Notes under the pieces: generated by a model
What the model was told of the DNA's origin: nothing
Database searches by the model: none
Seen by the model: only the letters and a program-made list of their open reading frames with translations
Assembly: GCA_963845085.1 (NCBI GenBank)
Contig: CAWJQI010000001.1
Span: forward strand, 64,001 to 128,000
From: Candidatus Fermentibacterota bacterium
GTDB taxonomy: Bacteria; Fermentibacterota; Fermentibacteria; Fermentibacterales; JCC-6
Direction of reading: 5' to 3'
Length of the DNA: 64,000 nt
Position numbers and translations under genes: made by a program
Shown here: piece by piece, positions 1 to 10,207 of the stretch
How the letters are laid out: each line of letters starts with the position of its first letter
How positions within the stretch are numbered: the first letter of the stretch is position 1

Positions 1-207
1 CATGAACTCCGTGGTGCACACCGGCGTGAAATCCGCGGGGTGGCTGAAGAGGATCACCCATTTCCCCTCGTAATCATCGGGAAAGTTGATGGTGCCCTTC
101 GTGGTTACGGCGGTGAAGGCAGGCGCCGGGTCCCCGATGAGAGGGATGGAGGGGTAGGCATCCTCCTCGCAGCAGCACTCCGAGTCGTGCTCATGATTGT
201 CGCACAT
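1..207 (-). CDS. Peroxiredoxin (Prx6/1-Cys-like), N-terminal part; runs off the window edge
   Basis: Manual translation from ATG at 207: [83 protein letters not shown] is the peroxidatic Cys motif; AGGAG SD overlaps the katA stop. Not in the ORF track. Confidence 0.93.
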   Translation of the reverse strand, partial: MCDNHEHDSECCCEEDAYPSIPLIGDPAPAFTAVTTKGTINFPDDYEGKWVILFSHPADFTPVCTTEFM

Positions 208-210
208 ATG

Positions 211-1724
211 TCACTCCTTTCGCGGTGAGGTGGCCCTCACCCTTTCTTCCTGGCTCATTGCTGCCAGTTCACTGATTTCCTTCGGATTCAGTCCGAGAGC
301 TTCCGCCACGCTGGAGCCAAAGTCGGCGTCGGCCTTTGCGAAGAGCGCTGTCTGCCTCTTCTGGATGTGTTTGGCAGCGTTGCCGAGGTGTCCCTTCAGG
401 TTGCTTACGAGGTGCTCCCGATCGAGGTCGGTCATGACCCTTCTGTACAGCTCGCCGGCCTGGATGAAGTCAAGATCGGTGAGCGCGACAGGGTGACGGT
501 CGGCCATGCCGAAAACGTCTATCGGGGGAAGGGCCGCCCCCGCGTCGGGTGCCGGGGTTCCGTGGCTGTTCGGCCAGTAGTTGGGAGCCGCGCCGCCGTT
601 GCCGTCAACCCGCATCGCCCCGTCCCGCTGGTAGTTCACGGACCCCGCGGCTTTGGGGGCGTTCACGGGGATCAGGTGGTAATTGGGACCGAGCCTGTGC
701 CTGTGAGCGTCGTGGTAGCCGAATATCCTGGCCTGCATCATCCGGTCGGGCGACGGACCTATTCCCGGAACCAGGTTGCCGGGCGAAAATGCCGCCTGCT
801 CAACATCGGCGAAGTAGTTACCGGGGTTCCGGTTGAGCACCAGCCTTCCCACCGGGATCGGCGGAAACTCCCCGTGCGGCCAGACCTTCGTCACGTCGAA
901 GGGATCGTAGCGGAAGGTGGCTGCCTGCTCGGGCGTCATCACCTGGACCTCGAGAAGCCAGGAGGGGAACACCTCCTCCGAGATGGCATCGAAGAGGTCA
1001 CGCGTTGCTGTGTCGGGATCCGCAGCCCTCATCCTGTCGGCCTCTTCGCCCGTGAAGTTCCTGATGCCGCTCTCGGTCTTGAAGTGAAGCTTGACCCAGT
1101 TGTACTCCCCGCTCCTGTTGTACCACATGAAGGCGTGACCGCCGTAACCGTTCATCGAACGGTAGTTTTTCGGCGTGCCGCGGTCGGAGAAGAGGATGGT
1201 CACCTGGTGGACGGATTCGGGAGTGAGGCTGAGAAAGTCCCAGAAGGCGTCGGGGTCTTTCAGGTTGGTCTCCGGGTTCCTCTTCTGGGTGTGGATGAAA
1301 TCAGGGAACTTGATGGCGTCGCGTATGAAGAAGACCGGGGTGTTGTTCCCCACCATGTCGAAATTGCCCTCTTCGGTGTAGAACTTGACCGCGAAGCCGC
1401 GGGGGTCCCTCTCCGAATCGGCCGATCCCTTCTCCCCCCCACTGTCGAGAACCGTGCAAAGACATCCGTCTTCTTCCCCACCCCGGACAGGAAGGAGGCA
1501 CAGGTGAGTTTCGAGACGTCATGAGTCACCTCGAAGAAACCGAAGGCTCCGGCTCCCTTGGCATGAACGACGCGTTCGGGGATCCTCTCCCTGTTGAAGT
1601 GGGCAAGCTTTTCGACGAGATGAACATCCTCGATGAGAACGGGCCCCCTGGGACCGGTCGTCATCGAGGTGAGATCGCTGTCGACAGGCTTTCCGAAGTT
1701 GGTCGTCAGTGCTTTTTTGTTCAC
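211..1724 (-). CDS. katA: Monofunctional heme catalase (small subunit), split by a frameshift at a G7 run (1434-1440)
   Basis: ORF 1260..1724 gives [23 protein letters not shown]. Adding one G restores [26 protein letters not shown] and joins ORF 211..1356 ([24 protein letters not shown]). Confidence 0.93.
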
Positions 1725-2176
1725 TTCGCTCCTCCCTTCTCCTCCTTCTCAAGACAGCTCCTGCAAACTCCCCTTACCTCGATTCGGGAACCCCTCACAA
1801 GACCGATGGCCGCTGCCTGCTCGGGCACCGGGACAGCGTCAAGCTCGGGGCAGACAAAATCGTACGCCCTGCCGCACAAAACGCACAGGAAGTGGTGATG
1901 CGGGCTGGGATCGGCATCGAAACGCACCCTCTCGCTGGATGATCCGACGGGGTGGATCACTCCAAGGCCGGAGAGGGTCCTCATGGTCCTGTAGACTGTG
2001 TCGAGCGATATCGAGGGCACCCTGGTCCGAACCGCATCGTAAACTTCGCCCACGCTGGGATGCCCCTTCGCATAGACTATCTCACGGATTATCTCAAGGC
2101 GCTGCCGTGTGATCTTGATTCCGGCCTGCCTGAGGGTGTTTCGAAGGCACTGCACCATGTCCGCCCGATCGCTCAC
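1721..2176 (-). CDS. perR: Fur-family transcriptional regulator, PerR-like
   Basis: [32 protein letters not shown] and CRSC motifs; coupled to katA. Start moved to GTG 2176 (or ATG 2158) because the ORF-track TTG lies in a -35 box. Confidence 0.88.
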   Translation of the reverse strand: MSDRADMVQCLRNTLRQAGIKITRQRLEIIREIVYAKGHPSVGEVYDAVRTRVPSISLDTVYRTMRTLSGLGVIHPVGSSSERVRFDADPSPHHHFLCVLCGRAYDFVCPELDAVPVPEQAAAIGLVRGSRIEVRGVCRSCLEKEEKGGAK

Positions 2177-2199
2177 GACCCTCGTTTCTTCAGAGTTAT

Positions 2200-2236
2200 C
2201 GTAATAAGAATAATTATTGTTTAACCGGATTGTCAA
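2200..2236 (-). promoter_or_regulatory. Sigma70-type promoter with overlapping AT-rich palindrome (putative Per/Fur box)
   Basis: Minus strand TTGACA-18nt-TATTCT; perfect palindrome AATAATTATT (2209-2218) overlaps the -10. Confidence 0.6.
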
Positions 2237-2280
2237 TCCTCGCCGGGAAGTGCCGTGCGATGACCCTTCGGGCCCGCCTT

Positions 2281-3534
2281 TTACCGGCCGGCCCCGATGA
2301 TCCGGCCCCAGAAAGCGGAAAGCTCTCCTGCGTATCTTGATATGTTAAAGTCGGACCGGACTTTCCGCCTGCCGTTCTCCCCGAGGCGGCCCGCCAGATC
2401 CCGGTCTGTGATAAGCTTTTCAAGCGCCCCGGCGAGCGCTGCGGCGTCACCGGGTTCAACGAGCAGCCCTGACACGCCGTCCTCGATCAGTTCGGGGATG
2501 CCGGAAAGCCTTGTCGACACGGATGGCGCCCCCATTCCCATGGCTTCCATCAGTGCGACGGGAATACCGTCCATGTCGCCGTTCGGAGCGGTGACACAGG
2601 GAAGCGCGAAAACAGAACAGCCCGCCACCCTGCCGAGTGCCTCGGTGACGGGCAGCACTCCGGCAAAGCTCACCCTGTCCGAAAGCCCCCGCTCCCCCGC
2701 GATCCTCCTGAAACGGTCGAGCTCCGTTCCTTCGGGGTCCGAGCCGATGACCTCGCATGAGAAGTCGACACCACTGTCGGCCAGAATGCGGCAGGCCTCC
2801 AGCAGGACCGGTACGCCTTTTTTCGGCACGAGGCCGCTTGCGATGCAGACCACCCTCGGAACCCCGGGGCAGGGCTTCCATTCGGGGAGTGCGCCGGGAT
2901 CCAGGCCGAGCCTTGAGACCATGATGCCCCCGCGCAGGGAGTCTCCCCATCTGTCCGCCATGAAATCCCTGTTGAAGGACGATATGGTATGAATGCCGGA
3001 AGCGGCGCCAAGGAGCATTGCGACCCTGCCGGGGTCCTTCGGACAGAAGATGTCGGTCGCGTGGGTTGTCACCGTGAAGGGCAGACCGATCAGCCTGGAA
3101 ACGTAGTGGGCAACGTGGGCGGTGTCCTTTGCGAAGTGCGTGTGAAGAAGCGCTGAACCCCGAACCCCTCCCCCTGCTGCCAGACGGACGGCAACAAGAA
3201 AATAGCGGAACGTGCCGGAACGGATCGACTGCAGCGCAAGCGCGGCCGTTCTGAAGGGTCTGCGCAGAAAGCTCACCACAAGCCAGGGCAATGCCTTCGG
3301 AAGAAGGCTGTGAGCGGGCAGCGCGCACCAGTCGAGGCGGATGTCACATATGCAGCCCCTGGAACCGCCTTCGAGTATCCTTTCCCAGAGGCCGGTGAAG
3401 GGGGTGCCCACCGGCAGATGGACCTCAAGCGGCACGGACAGTTTTGAAAGCTCCTCCAGTTCACGTGCAACATAGGTCGGAAGAAAGCTCAGCAGGTAGC
3501 AGATGCGCCCCGGGGCGGCTTCATCGGTCCGCAT
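2281..3534 (-). CDS. Glycosyltransferase family 4 (WcaL-like)
   Basis: HTHFA, TTHATDIF, KKG, DMDGIPVALMEAM and GIPELIEDGVSGLLV motifs; start at MRTDE (3534). Confidence 0.9.
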   Translation of the reverse strand: MRTDEAAPGRICYLLSFLPTYVARELEELSKLSVPLEVHLPVGTPFTGLWERILEGGSRGCICDIRLDWCALPAHSLLPKALPWLVVSFLRRPFRTAALALQSIRSGTFRYFLVAVRLAAGGGVRGSALLHTHFAKDTAHVAHYVSRLIGLPFTVTTHATDIFCPKDPGRVAMLLGAASGIHTISSFNRDFMADRWGDSLRGGIMVSRLGLDPGALPEWKPCPGVPRVVCIASGLVPKKGVPVLLEACRILADSGVDFSCEVIGSDPEGTELDRFRRIAGERGLSDRVSFAGVLPVTEALGRVAGCSVFALPCVTAPNGDMDGIPVALMEAMGMGAPSVSTRLSGIPELIEDGVSGLLVEPGDAAALAGALEKLITDRDLAGRLGENGRRKVRSDFNISRYAGELSAFWGRIIGAGR

Positions 3535-4849
3535 CCCGCCCCCCGTCTTTCGCCCTGTGCGCCTTTCGCTTCCCCCTGCAGGCCGATACCTCGTCCAGAA
3601 AGGCTGCGAACCGCTTCGTGATGTTCCTTGCGTCAAACGTGCCGGCCACATCGGCAAGGTCGACCGCACGCGCGAGGCTTCCGCTCTTCCAGGCTTCGAG
3701 CGCCGTGGAAAGAGCCGCTGCAAAGCCTTCGGCCGTTGGGGGATGGACCCATCCGGCATTGAATCTCCTGATGTGCGCGGTCAGGTCCCCTTCGGGCGCC
3801 AGCGCAATTATCGGCTTCCCGGTCCTCAGGTATTCCGCCAGTTTGGAGGGAGTTTTAAGCTCTGAACCCGGAAGGTCCGAAAGAACAGCAAGCAGAACAT
3901 CAGAGGCCATCTGCACTTCCGGCACTTTCTGGAACGGCACCGTGCCCGTCAGCTCCAGATGCCCGCTCAGCCCTTCCGCGAAACCGCCCCGAAGTGAGGG
4001 ACACTGCGAGTTCCCGACGAAACGCACCAGCAGCGGCGCTTCAGGGTTCGATTCGAGAAACATCCTGAGACCCCTGACAAGGAATTCAGGGCTGTTCGTT
4101 CCGAAAAAATTCCCCGTATATGTGACGATCATGCGGGAACCCCTGCCCACGGGCGGTGCAGGGAGTTCAATCGCCGGGTCGTACCCGTTCTCAACAACCT
4201 GTGCGGCGGGGCAGCCTTTTCCGTAGGTTTTCCTGAAGTACTCAACGGATCCGACGGTGGTCGCCGCGATCCCATCGGCCCGGGTGACGATGAAACGCTC
4301 GAGCACCGATGCGGCAGCCCTGTGAAAGGCTGAGGGCCAGCTCACATACGAATCCTTCACCCACAGGTCGCCGAAAAAGGGCACATGGGGGATTCCTGCG
4401 AACCGCGCAATGAGCCTCCCGTGAAGGTGAAGCGAGTGATGCGGCCCGAACGACACCACTGCCGAAGCGCCTTCCCGGTGCGCTTTCCTGATCCCGGCCG
4501 GAACTACGAACGGCATCCATGCGACAAGCCTGTCCGGGATGAAAAGGGTGTTCATCAGCCCTGAGGGACTGGACGACTGTGCCTCGGAATCCGCCCTCCG
4601 TGCTCCGTCCAGCCTGGTGCGTCGAAACAGCGCCGCAGGATCGGGGTTCGTAACCCTTGTTACGGAAAGGCCCGCCGGAAGGCTTTTCTCCAGGGTGGAA
4701 TCGGCGGGCAGGCCGCGCGGTCGCTTCAGCGTGAGGGGCAACATCTCCCAGCCCGACAGGGGCATGTACGTCGAAAGGTTCAGGATGACGGGGGTTGCCC
4801 CGCTTGTGAGGGGGGGGAAATTGCTGCAGATGAAGATGAACCTTTTCAT
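3521..4849 (-). CDS. Glycosyltransferase family 4
   Basis: FPP N-terminal motif, ENGYD, YTGNF, TPSKLAEYLRTGKPII. Confidence 0.88.
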   Translation of the reverse strand: MKRFIFICSNFPPLTSGATPVILNLSTYMPLSGWEMLPLTLKRPRGLPADSTLEKSLPAGLSVTRVTNPDPAALFRRTRLDGARRADSEAQSSSPSGLMNTLFIPDRLVAWMPFVVPAGIRKAHREGASAVVSFGPHHSLHLHGRLIARFAGIPHVPFFGDLWVKDSYVSWPSAFHRAAASVLERFIVTRADGIAATTVGSVEYFRKTYGKGCPAAQVVENGYDPAIELPAPPVGRGSRMIVTYTGNFFGTNSPEFLVRGLRMFLESNPEAPLLVRFVGNSQCPSLRGGFAEGLSGHLELTGTVPFQKVPEVQMASDVLLAVLSDLPGSELKTPSKLAEYLRTGKPIIALAPEGDLTAHIRRFNAGWVHPPTAEGFAAALSTALEAWKSGSLARAVDLADVAGTFDARNITKRFAAFLDEVSACRGKRKAHRAKDGGRDADR

Positions 4850-6108
4850 GGCCTCAGGCTTTCATATAGCTTCTGCAGCCTGCCGGCCTGGACGGGCCAG
4901 TTGTAACGTTCGAGCGCCGCGGCCCTTCCCCTCTCGCCCATTTTCTTCATCTCGAGCGGAGAGCCTGTCATTTCCGTTATGGCATCAGCGATCGACCGGG
5001 GGTCCTGGTCCTGAAGAAGGATTCCGCACCTGCTTTCCTCGATCACCCTCCTCATCTCGGGAAAGCCGCTGGCTATGACGGGCACCCCGGCCATCATGTA
5101 CTCGTAGAGCTTGTTGGGAAGCGAGTAATAGTGATTGAGGCAGGTGTTCCTGAAAAGGATCAAGCCTGCATCCGCCGAGACGGTGACCTCGGGCAGCCTT
5201 TCGGAGGGAACGGGCGGCAGAAGGAATACTTTTCCCTCAAGACCCATCTCGCGGTGCAGCTCATGAAGATGCCCCCCCCAGGCATCGTGGCCCACTATCA
5301 CGATGGCCGCCGAACCGGGAGCGAGAAGGGCGGCCGCCTGCAGCAGCTCCTCGAGCCCCCTTTCCGGGCAGATGATCCCCTGGTACAGCACAACTGGAGT
5401 CCCTGCGGGAATGCCGAGCTTCCCGTGAAGCGATTCCCGAACCGGGAAAAGGTCGAAAGGTTCAGCGCTGTTCTCAACGATGGTCACCCTGCCCCTCAGC
5501 GAGGGGTACATCTCCTCCATGGCGGCCCCCCTTGAAGGAGTGACCGCAATAACGGCATCGGCACGGCCGATGAGACGGCGCTCGGTCAGCCTGTACCTAA
5601 GCCTGTTGAGCGCCCCCGTCTCGCGCAGATACCGGGCCGACTCCAGCCACAGCTCGTGCGAATCGTACACAAGCCTGGCCTTGAGGCGACGGGCTGCCGC
5701 TGCGGAAACGAAAAGCGTGTCGAGATCGTTCGCATGAACGATGTCCGCCCCCGTCGACAGCACGGCGCGGTACAGCCTGTACTCCCAGGGAAGGTCCCTT
5801 TTCAGGTTCGTGAGCATTATTCGAATGGGGTTCCGCCTGATGAAGCGAAGAACCGCCGCCGCGAACGAGCGCTTTCCGGGCTCGGTGGCCTCGAGAACCC
5901 GCTTTCTGAGGCTGATCCTCGCGTCAGAGTCCATCCGGGGCCGGAGCACCCTGACACCGTTCCACTGCTCTTCGGAAGGGTGCCCCTCCTCCGGCTTGGA
6001 AACGATGGTCACGGCGAATCCGCAGTTTGAAAGACACAGCGCTTCCTTCTTCACCCTCGCATCGTTCCAGAGCTGGTTCTTGACCAGCATGCAGACTTTG
6101 ACTTTCAC
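4846..6108 (-). CDS. Glycosyltransferase family 4
   Basis: DARVKKEA, HANDLDTL, YDSHE, SLPNKLYEYMMAGVPV; GTG start at 6108 overlaps the flippase stop. Confidence 0.9.
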   Translation of the reverse strand: MKVKVCMLVKNQLWNDARVKKEALCLSNCGFAVTIVSKPEEGHPSEEQWNGVRVLRPRMDSDARISLRKRVLEATEPGKRSFAAAVLRFIRRNPIRIMLTNLKRDLPWEYRLYRAVLSTGADIVHANDLDTLFVSAAAARRLKARLVYDSHELWLESARYLRETGALNRLRYRLTERRLIGRADAVIAVTPSRGAAMEEMYPSLRGRVTIVENSAEPFDLFPVRESLHGKLGIPAGTPVVLYQGIICPERGLEELLQAAALLAPGSAAIVIVGHDAWGGHLHELHREMGLEGKVFLLPPVPSERLPEVTVSADAGLILFRNTCLNHYYSLPNKLYEYMMAGVPVIASGFPEMRRVIEESRCGILLQDQDPRSIADAITEMTGSPLEMKKMGERGRAAALERYNWPVQAGRLQKLYESLRP

Positions 6109-7400
6109 GGCGTGGTCACCGCCTGCCCGCTTTCGACACGGCCCACGTATCTGCATGTGATCCTGATCACCCATACCGTGCCCAACACCACTGCCACCGC
6201 GGTTGCGACAGCCGCGCCGAAGCCGCCGTAATCGCGGATGAGAAGAAGATTGAGAACCACGTTGAGAAGGGAGGATACGAGAACGGAGTAAAGCGAGTAG
6301 AGGGGCTTTCCTATGGCCAGGGCCGCCGTGGAGAAGAAACTTCCGAGAGGCCGGACGAGCATGAGGGCGCCAAGCACGACGGTGATGGGCCAGCCGTCGA
6401 CATACTTGCCGCTGAAGACGATCCCCAGTATCTGTGACGGGAACAGGACGAGTGCAACGACCGCCGGAAAGAGGATGAGTTCCGCGACCAGCACGCTGCT
6501 CCAGGTCCTGCTCACTATCATGTCACGGCGGCCCTGCTTCCACATTTGGGACAGAAGAGGCAGCAGTACCATGTTTCCTGCGGCGTTCACCATGGCGAAA
6601 ACGCCTGTCAGCGACCTGACCGCACCGTATGCGCCCACATCCTGCGGGGCTATTTTGCCGAGCATCATGATGTCGGTGCTCGTGTAGATGTAATTCGCCG
6701 CCGCGGTTCCGAGGCACACCACGGAAAACGAAAGGACCTTCCTGAAAGCCGCCGCGGATACAGCGGTTCCGACGAAGAAAAACCTTCCCGCAAGCAAAAA
6801 GCTGAGGACGAGCGACAGCATGTTCGCCGCAATGGTGGCGGCGAAGATCTGATGCCCCGTCCGCAGGCTTCCGTTCAGTATGAGGAAGCCGATTATCACG
6901 CCCCTGATCATGAACTGCAGGAGGTCGACATACATCACGTCCCTTATCCTGCGAACCGAAAGCAGGAGCGCGCGCGGTATGCCGGCCAGCGCCGCGGAAA
7001 CCACCACTCCGGCCAGAAGGGGGGCAAGCCCGGCAAGGTCCACGCCGCTGTAGAAACCCCGGGCAAGCCCTCCGGTTGCCAGCAGGGCACCGGCGGATAG
7101 AACCGCGAACACCAGCGTTAGAAGAATGCCGGCGTTCGCAAGCTCATGCTCCCGGCGTGTGTCGCCTTCGGAGACCATTTTCAGAATGGCCTGCTGGATG
7201 AATCCGCCGCCCAGAAGAAGCCCGAATGTCTCCATGGTTCGCGCCAGTGCATAGGCCGAGAATGCGTCCTCGGGTATCGCCCTGATGATGAAGATATGAA
7301 CGATACCCCAGACCGCCATCGTTCCGCGGCTTACCAGGGCGGGGGTGCCGAATCTCACGATCTTGTGCCGAAGGCTGTAAAGGTTCCTGAAGAAGTGCAT
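6105..7400 (-). CDS. wzx: Oligosaccharide flippase (Wzx/MATE superfamily)
   Basis: About 12 hydrophobic segments, TDIMMLG..VGAYG, NVVLNLLLIRDYGGFGAAVAT; first gene of the GT4 operon. Confidence 0.85.
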   Translation of the reverse strand: MHFFRNLYSLRHKIVRFGTPALVSRGTMAVWGIVHIFIIRAIPEDAFSAYALARTMETFGLLLGGGFIQQAILKMVSEGDTRREHELANAGILLTLVFAVLSAGALLATGGLARGFYSGVDLAGLAPLLAGVVVSAALAGIPRALLLSVRRIRDVMYVDLLQFMIRGVIIGFLILNGSLRTGHQIFAATIAANMLSLVLSFLLAGRFFFVGTAVSAAAFRKVLSFSVVCLGTAAANYIYTSTDIMMLGKIAPQDVGAYGAVRSLTGVFAMVNAAGNMVLLPLLSQMWKQGRRDMIVSRTWSSVLVAELILFPAVVALVLFPSQILGIVFSGKYVDGWPITVVLGALMLVRPLGSFFSTAALAIGKPLYSLYSVLVSSLLNVVLNLLLIRDYGGFGAAVATAVAVVLGTVWVIRITCRYVGRVESGQAVTTP

Positions 7401-7570
7401 GGTTCCTTCCGTAACAGTTCGACGGCGGTCCGGACCGGAAAGGCAGGCTGGAAAATACCCCAATCGCCGTGACGGAGCCAGAGAGTCTTTCTTTATTGAC
7501 CTCACTGCACTCCTCTATTCTATTATTCGCATTGTCAGGCAGGATCATCTCACCATCGAAGGGGTCGTCC

Positions 7571-10207
7571 ATGAACAGCACCCGGCTCGGCTTCAACCTT
7601 GCAATCGCTTTGGTCCTTTTGGCTTCCGCGTCAGCCACCGCCGGCATCACCGGAACTCTCGCAGGCAGGGTGACTGACACCGGCGGTACGCCGGTGGTCG
7701 GGGCAACGGTTATCGTCGAGGGCACTCCGTTTGGTGCGATGACCGACAACAACGGCGAATACGCTGTCATTGCCCTCGACCCGGGCACCTACACGGTCAC
7801 GGCCAGGATGGTCGGCATGGAGACCCGCATCACCGACGGGGTTATCGTGGTCGCCGACCAGGTATCGAGGGTCGACTTCAGGATGGGAATAGATCCGGCC
7901 GGAAACACCGTCATCCGGGTAACACAGAGCCGGAGCAACGTGCTTCACGACCTGCCTGCAACCCTGCACATCATCGACCCCGATGAACTGCGCACCACCC
8001 CCACCGGGCGGATCATAGACATCCTCGCCTCGAAGCCGGGCGTTGTTGCGGGCAGCGGCGGGATCCATGTACGCGGTGGCAGGACGGGCGAGGTTGACTA
8101 CCTGCTCGATGGCATCTCGATGCGCTCCCCGATGAGCAACACCTTCAGCGCCGGCATTCCACTGGGCTCCATCTCGGGCGCCTCCATCATGACGGGCGGG
8201 CTCAGCGCGGAATACGGCAACGCGATGTCGGGCATCGTGAACCTGGTGGGCGACGAGGGCTCGGATGAATACCATGCCTCGGTTACCGGGGCTTACGGCG
8301 GAATGATGGGCCAGTCATCCGACGACGGTCAAAGGGTCTACATGGAGCAGAGCGACCTGGACCTCAGCCGCATCGGATGCAGGATCGCCGAAGTAAAGCT
8401 CTCCGGCCCCGAACCCTTTTCGAACACCGTGCTGCCGGCTCTCGGGCTTTCGCTCCCCGGCTCCACCACCTTCAGTTTCTCGGGAAGGGCGAACATCAGC
8501 GGGCGCGACACGCTCGACAGCAGGGGCTGGTGGGAGAACAACTGGCAGTCCGATGCATCAGGGATAATGAAGGTGACGTACAGGCCAACGCCCCGCACGA
8601 GTGTTTCAGTCTCCGGGCTATATTCATACGCGGAGAGGGGCTGGAACGAGTGGTCATGGTCGCGCTTCCATCGTCCCGGCTTCATCGAAGGCGTTCCCTA
8701 CCTCGGCAGAAGCCAGGATTATGCACTGCCCGTGCGTTTCTCGGAGAACTACGGTTTGAACGGCACTGTCAACCGTCTGATCAGCGATGAGACCAGCATC
8801 CGGCTGACATTGAGCTCACGGCGCTTCATGGACTGGCAGCGCATCCGCGCCATCGACGGCGGTTACATCGGCGAAGGGCTTCCGCCGGCCTACTGGCTGA
8901 CCCAGTTCGTGCCCGAAGCCAGACTCGCCGACTCCCTTGGCTTCTATCACACCGGAATCCATCCGAACGTCTGGCTTGACAGCAGGGCCGACGTGAACAC
9001 AGTAAAACTCGATTTCGACAGCCATCCCACGAACAGGTTCTGGTACAAATCCGGGCTTTCGGCAAGCCTTTACGACCTGTACGAGTTCAACGTCTACGCC
9101 CTCAATTACGGAGGCGTCTACGTCGCCCAGTGGGATGCCGAACCGTACTCCATGTCCGGCTTCTTCCAGGGGAATTTCAGGCTTTCCGGGGGAGTTGTGG
9201 CAACAGCCGGCTTGAGGCTCGACGGTTTCGATGCCAACAGGTCAGCATTCTCGCAGGAGGAGGGCACCGTTCGGGATGTCGAACCGAAGTGGCAGCTCAG
9301 CCCGAGGGTGGCACTGTCAGTCCCCTTCGGGGAAAGATCGGTGTTCTTCAGCACCTACGGCCACTACTTCCAGATGCCGCCCATGAGCTACCTGTTCCTT
9401 GAAAGCTCCTACAATTTCTCACAGGGAAGGGCCATCACAGGCAATCCCGATCTCGACGCCGAACGAACGAAGGCATTCGAGGTGGGCACGCGCTACATGC
9501 TCGCCGACCGGACAGAACTTTCGATGGCGGTCTACTACAAGGACATCACCGGCCTTGTCAGCACCGAGCAGCATCTCGAGGGCGCCTACTATTACTTCGA
9601 GAACGACGACAGCCATGGCATGGCCCGCGGGTTCGAGATCACTCTGGCCCGCGAGACCGGCGGGACACTCTCGGGCTACGTGTCCTACAGCATGGGAATT
9701 GCCAAGGGCAGGTTCTCGACTGCGTTCGATCCGTACAACTACGGCATCAGCGGGGTGGCGCTCTTTTCGCGGGAGGACAACTACCTCGACTGGGACCAGC
9801 TTCATACCGCAAGCGCCTCACTGGAACTTACGGGATTTGAGGGCGACGGCCCTTCCCTGGGCGGTTTCCGTCCGTTCGAGAACTCCTCGGCTGCCATCGG
9901 CTGGAATTACGGAAGCGGTCTTCCCTACACTCTCCCGCCGGACGGAGAAGAGCTTATCGACCTCAACACAGAGAGATACCCCTACACCATGCAGACCGAC
10001 ATCAGGTGCTCAAGAAGGGTTCCGCTGGGGGGATTGACCGCCGAGATCCAGCTTGCGGTGCAGAACCTTTTCAACAGGCGGGACGTTTTCAGGATCTACG
10101 ACAGCGCGCTTTTCAGAAGCACGGGTGACCCGACGGGAGAAATGGGCAACCCACGGGCATGGTCTCCCTCCCGGCTCATCATGCTCAGCGCATCGGTGGC
10201 GTTTTAG
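7571..10207 (+). CDS. TonB-dependent receptor with N-terminal carboxypeptidase-regulatory-like domain
   Basis: Signal peptide, GTLAGRVTD..GATVIVEGT, plug IHVRGGRTGEVDYLLDGI, GGLSAEYGNAMSGIVN, GNPDLDAERT, NLFN, C-terminal Phe. Confidence 0.92.
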   Translation: MNSTRLGFNLAIALVLLASASATAGITGTLAGRVTDTGGTPVVGATVIVEGTPFGAMTDNNGEYAVIALDPGTYTVTARMVGMETRITDGVIVVADQVSRVDFRMGIDPAGNTVIRVTQSRSNVLHDLPATLHIIDPDELRTTPTGRIIDILASKPGVVAGSGGIHVRGGRTGEVDYLLDGISMRSPMSNTFSAGIPLGSISGASIMTGGLSAEYGNAMSGIVNLVGDEGSDEYHASVTGAYGGMMGQSSDDGQRVYMEQSDLDLSRIGCRIAEVKLSGPEPFSNTVLPALGLSLPGSTTFSFSGRANISGRDTLDSRGWWENNWQSDASGIMKVTYRPTPRTSVSVSGLYSYAERGWNEWSWSRFHRPGFIEGVPYLGRSQDYALPVRFSENYGLNGTVNRLISDETSIRLTLSSRRFMDWQRIRAIDGGYIGEGLPPAYWLTQFVPEARLADSLGFYHTGIHPNVWLDSRADVNTVKLDFDSHPTNRFWYKSGLSASLYDLYEFNVYALNYGGVYVAQWDAEPYSMSGFFQGNFRLSGGVVATAGLRLDGFDANRSAFSQEEGTVRDVEPKWQLSPRVALSVPFGERSVFFSTYGHYFQMPPMSYLFLESSYNFSQGRAITGNPDLDAERTKAFEVGTRYMLADRTELSMAVYYKDITGLVSTEQHLEGAYYYFENDDSHGMARGFEITLARETGGTLSGYVSYSMGIAKGRFSTAFDPYNYGISGVALFSREDNYLDWDQLHTASASLELTGFEGDGPSLGGFRPFENSSAAIGWNYGSGLPYTLPPDGEELIDLNTERYPYTMQTDIRCSRRVPLGGLTAEIQLAVQNLFNRRDVFRIYDSALFRSTGDPTGEMGNPRAWSPSRLIMLSASVAF

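Noticed and set aside
367..1524. Long + strand ORF (385 aa) and many similar antisense ORFs (e.g. 14518..15507, 29695..30969, 37385..38854, 58348..60162)
   Set aside because: Shadow ORFs opposite well-supported genes in GC-rich DNA; no recognisable motifs.
2177..2236. ORF-track N-terminal extension of PerR
   Set aside because: The TTG start is part of a TTGACA -35 box and the extension is promoter sequence.
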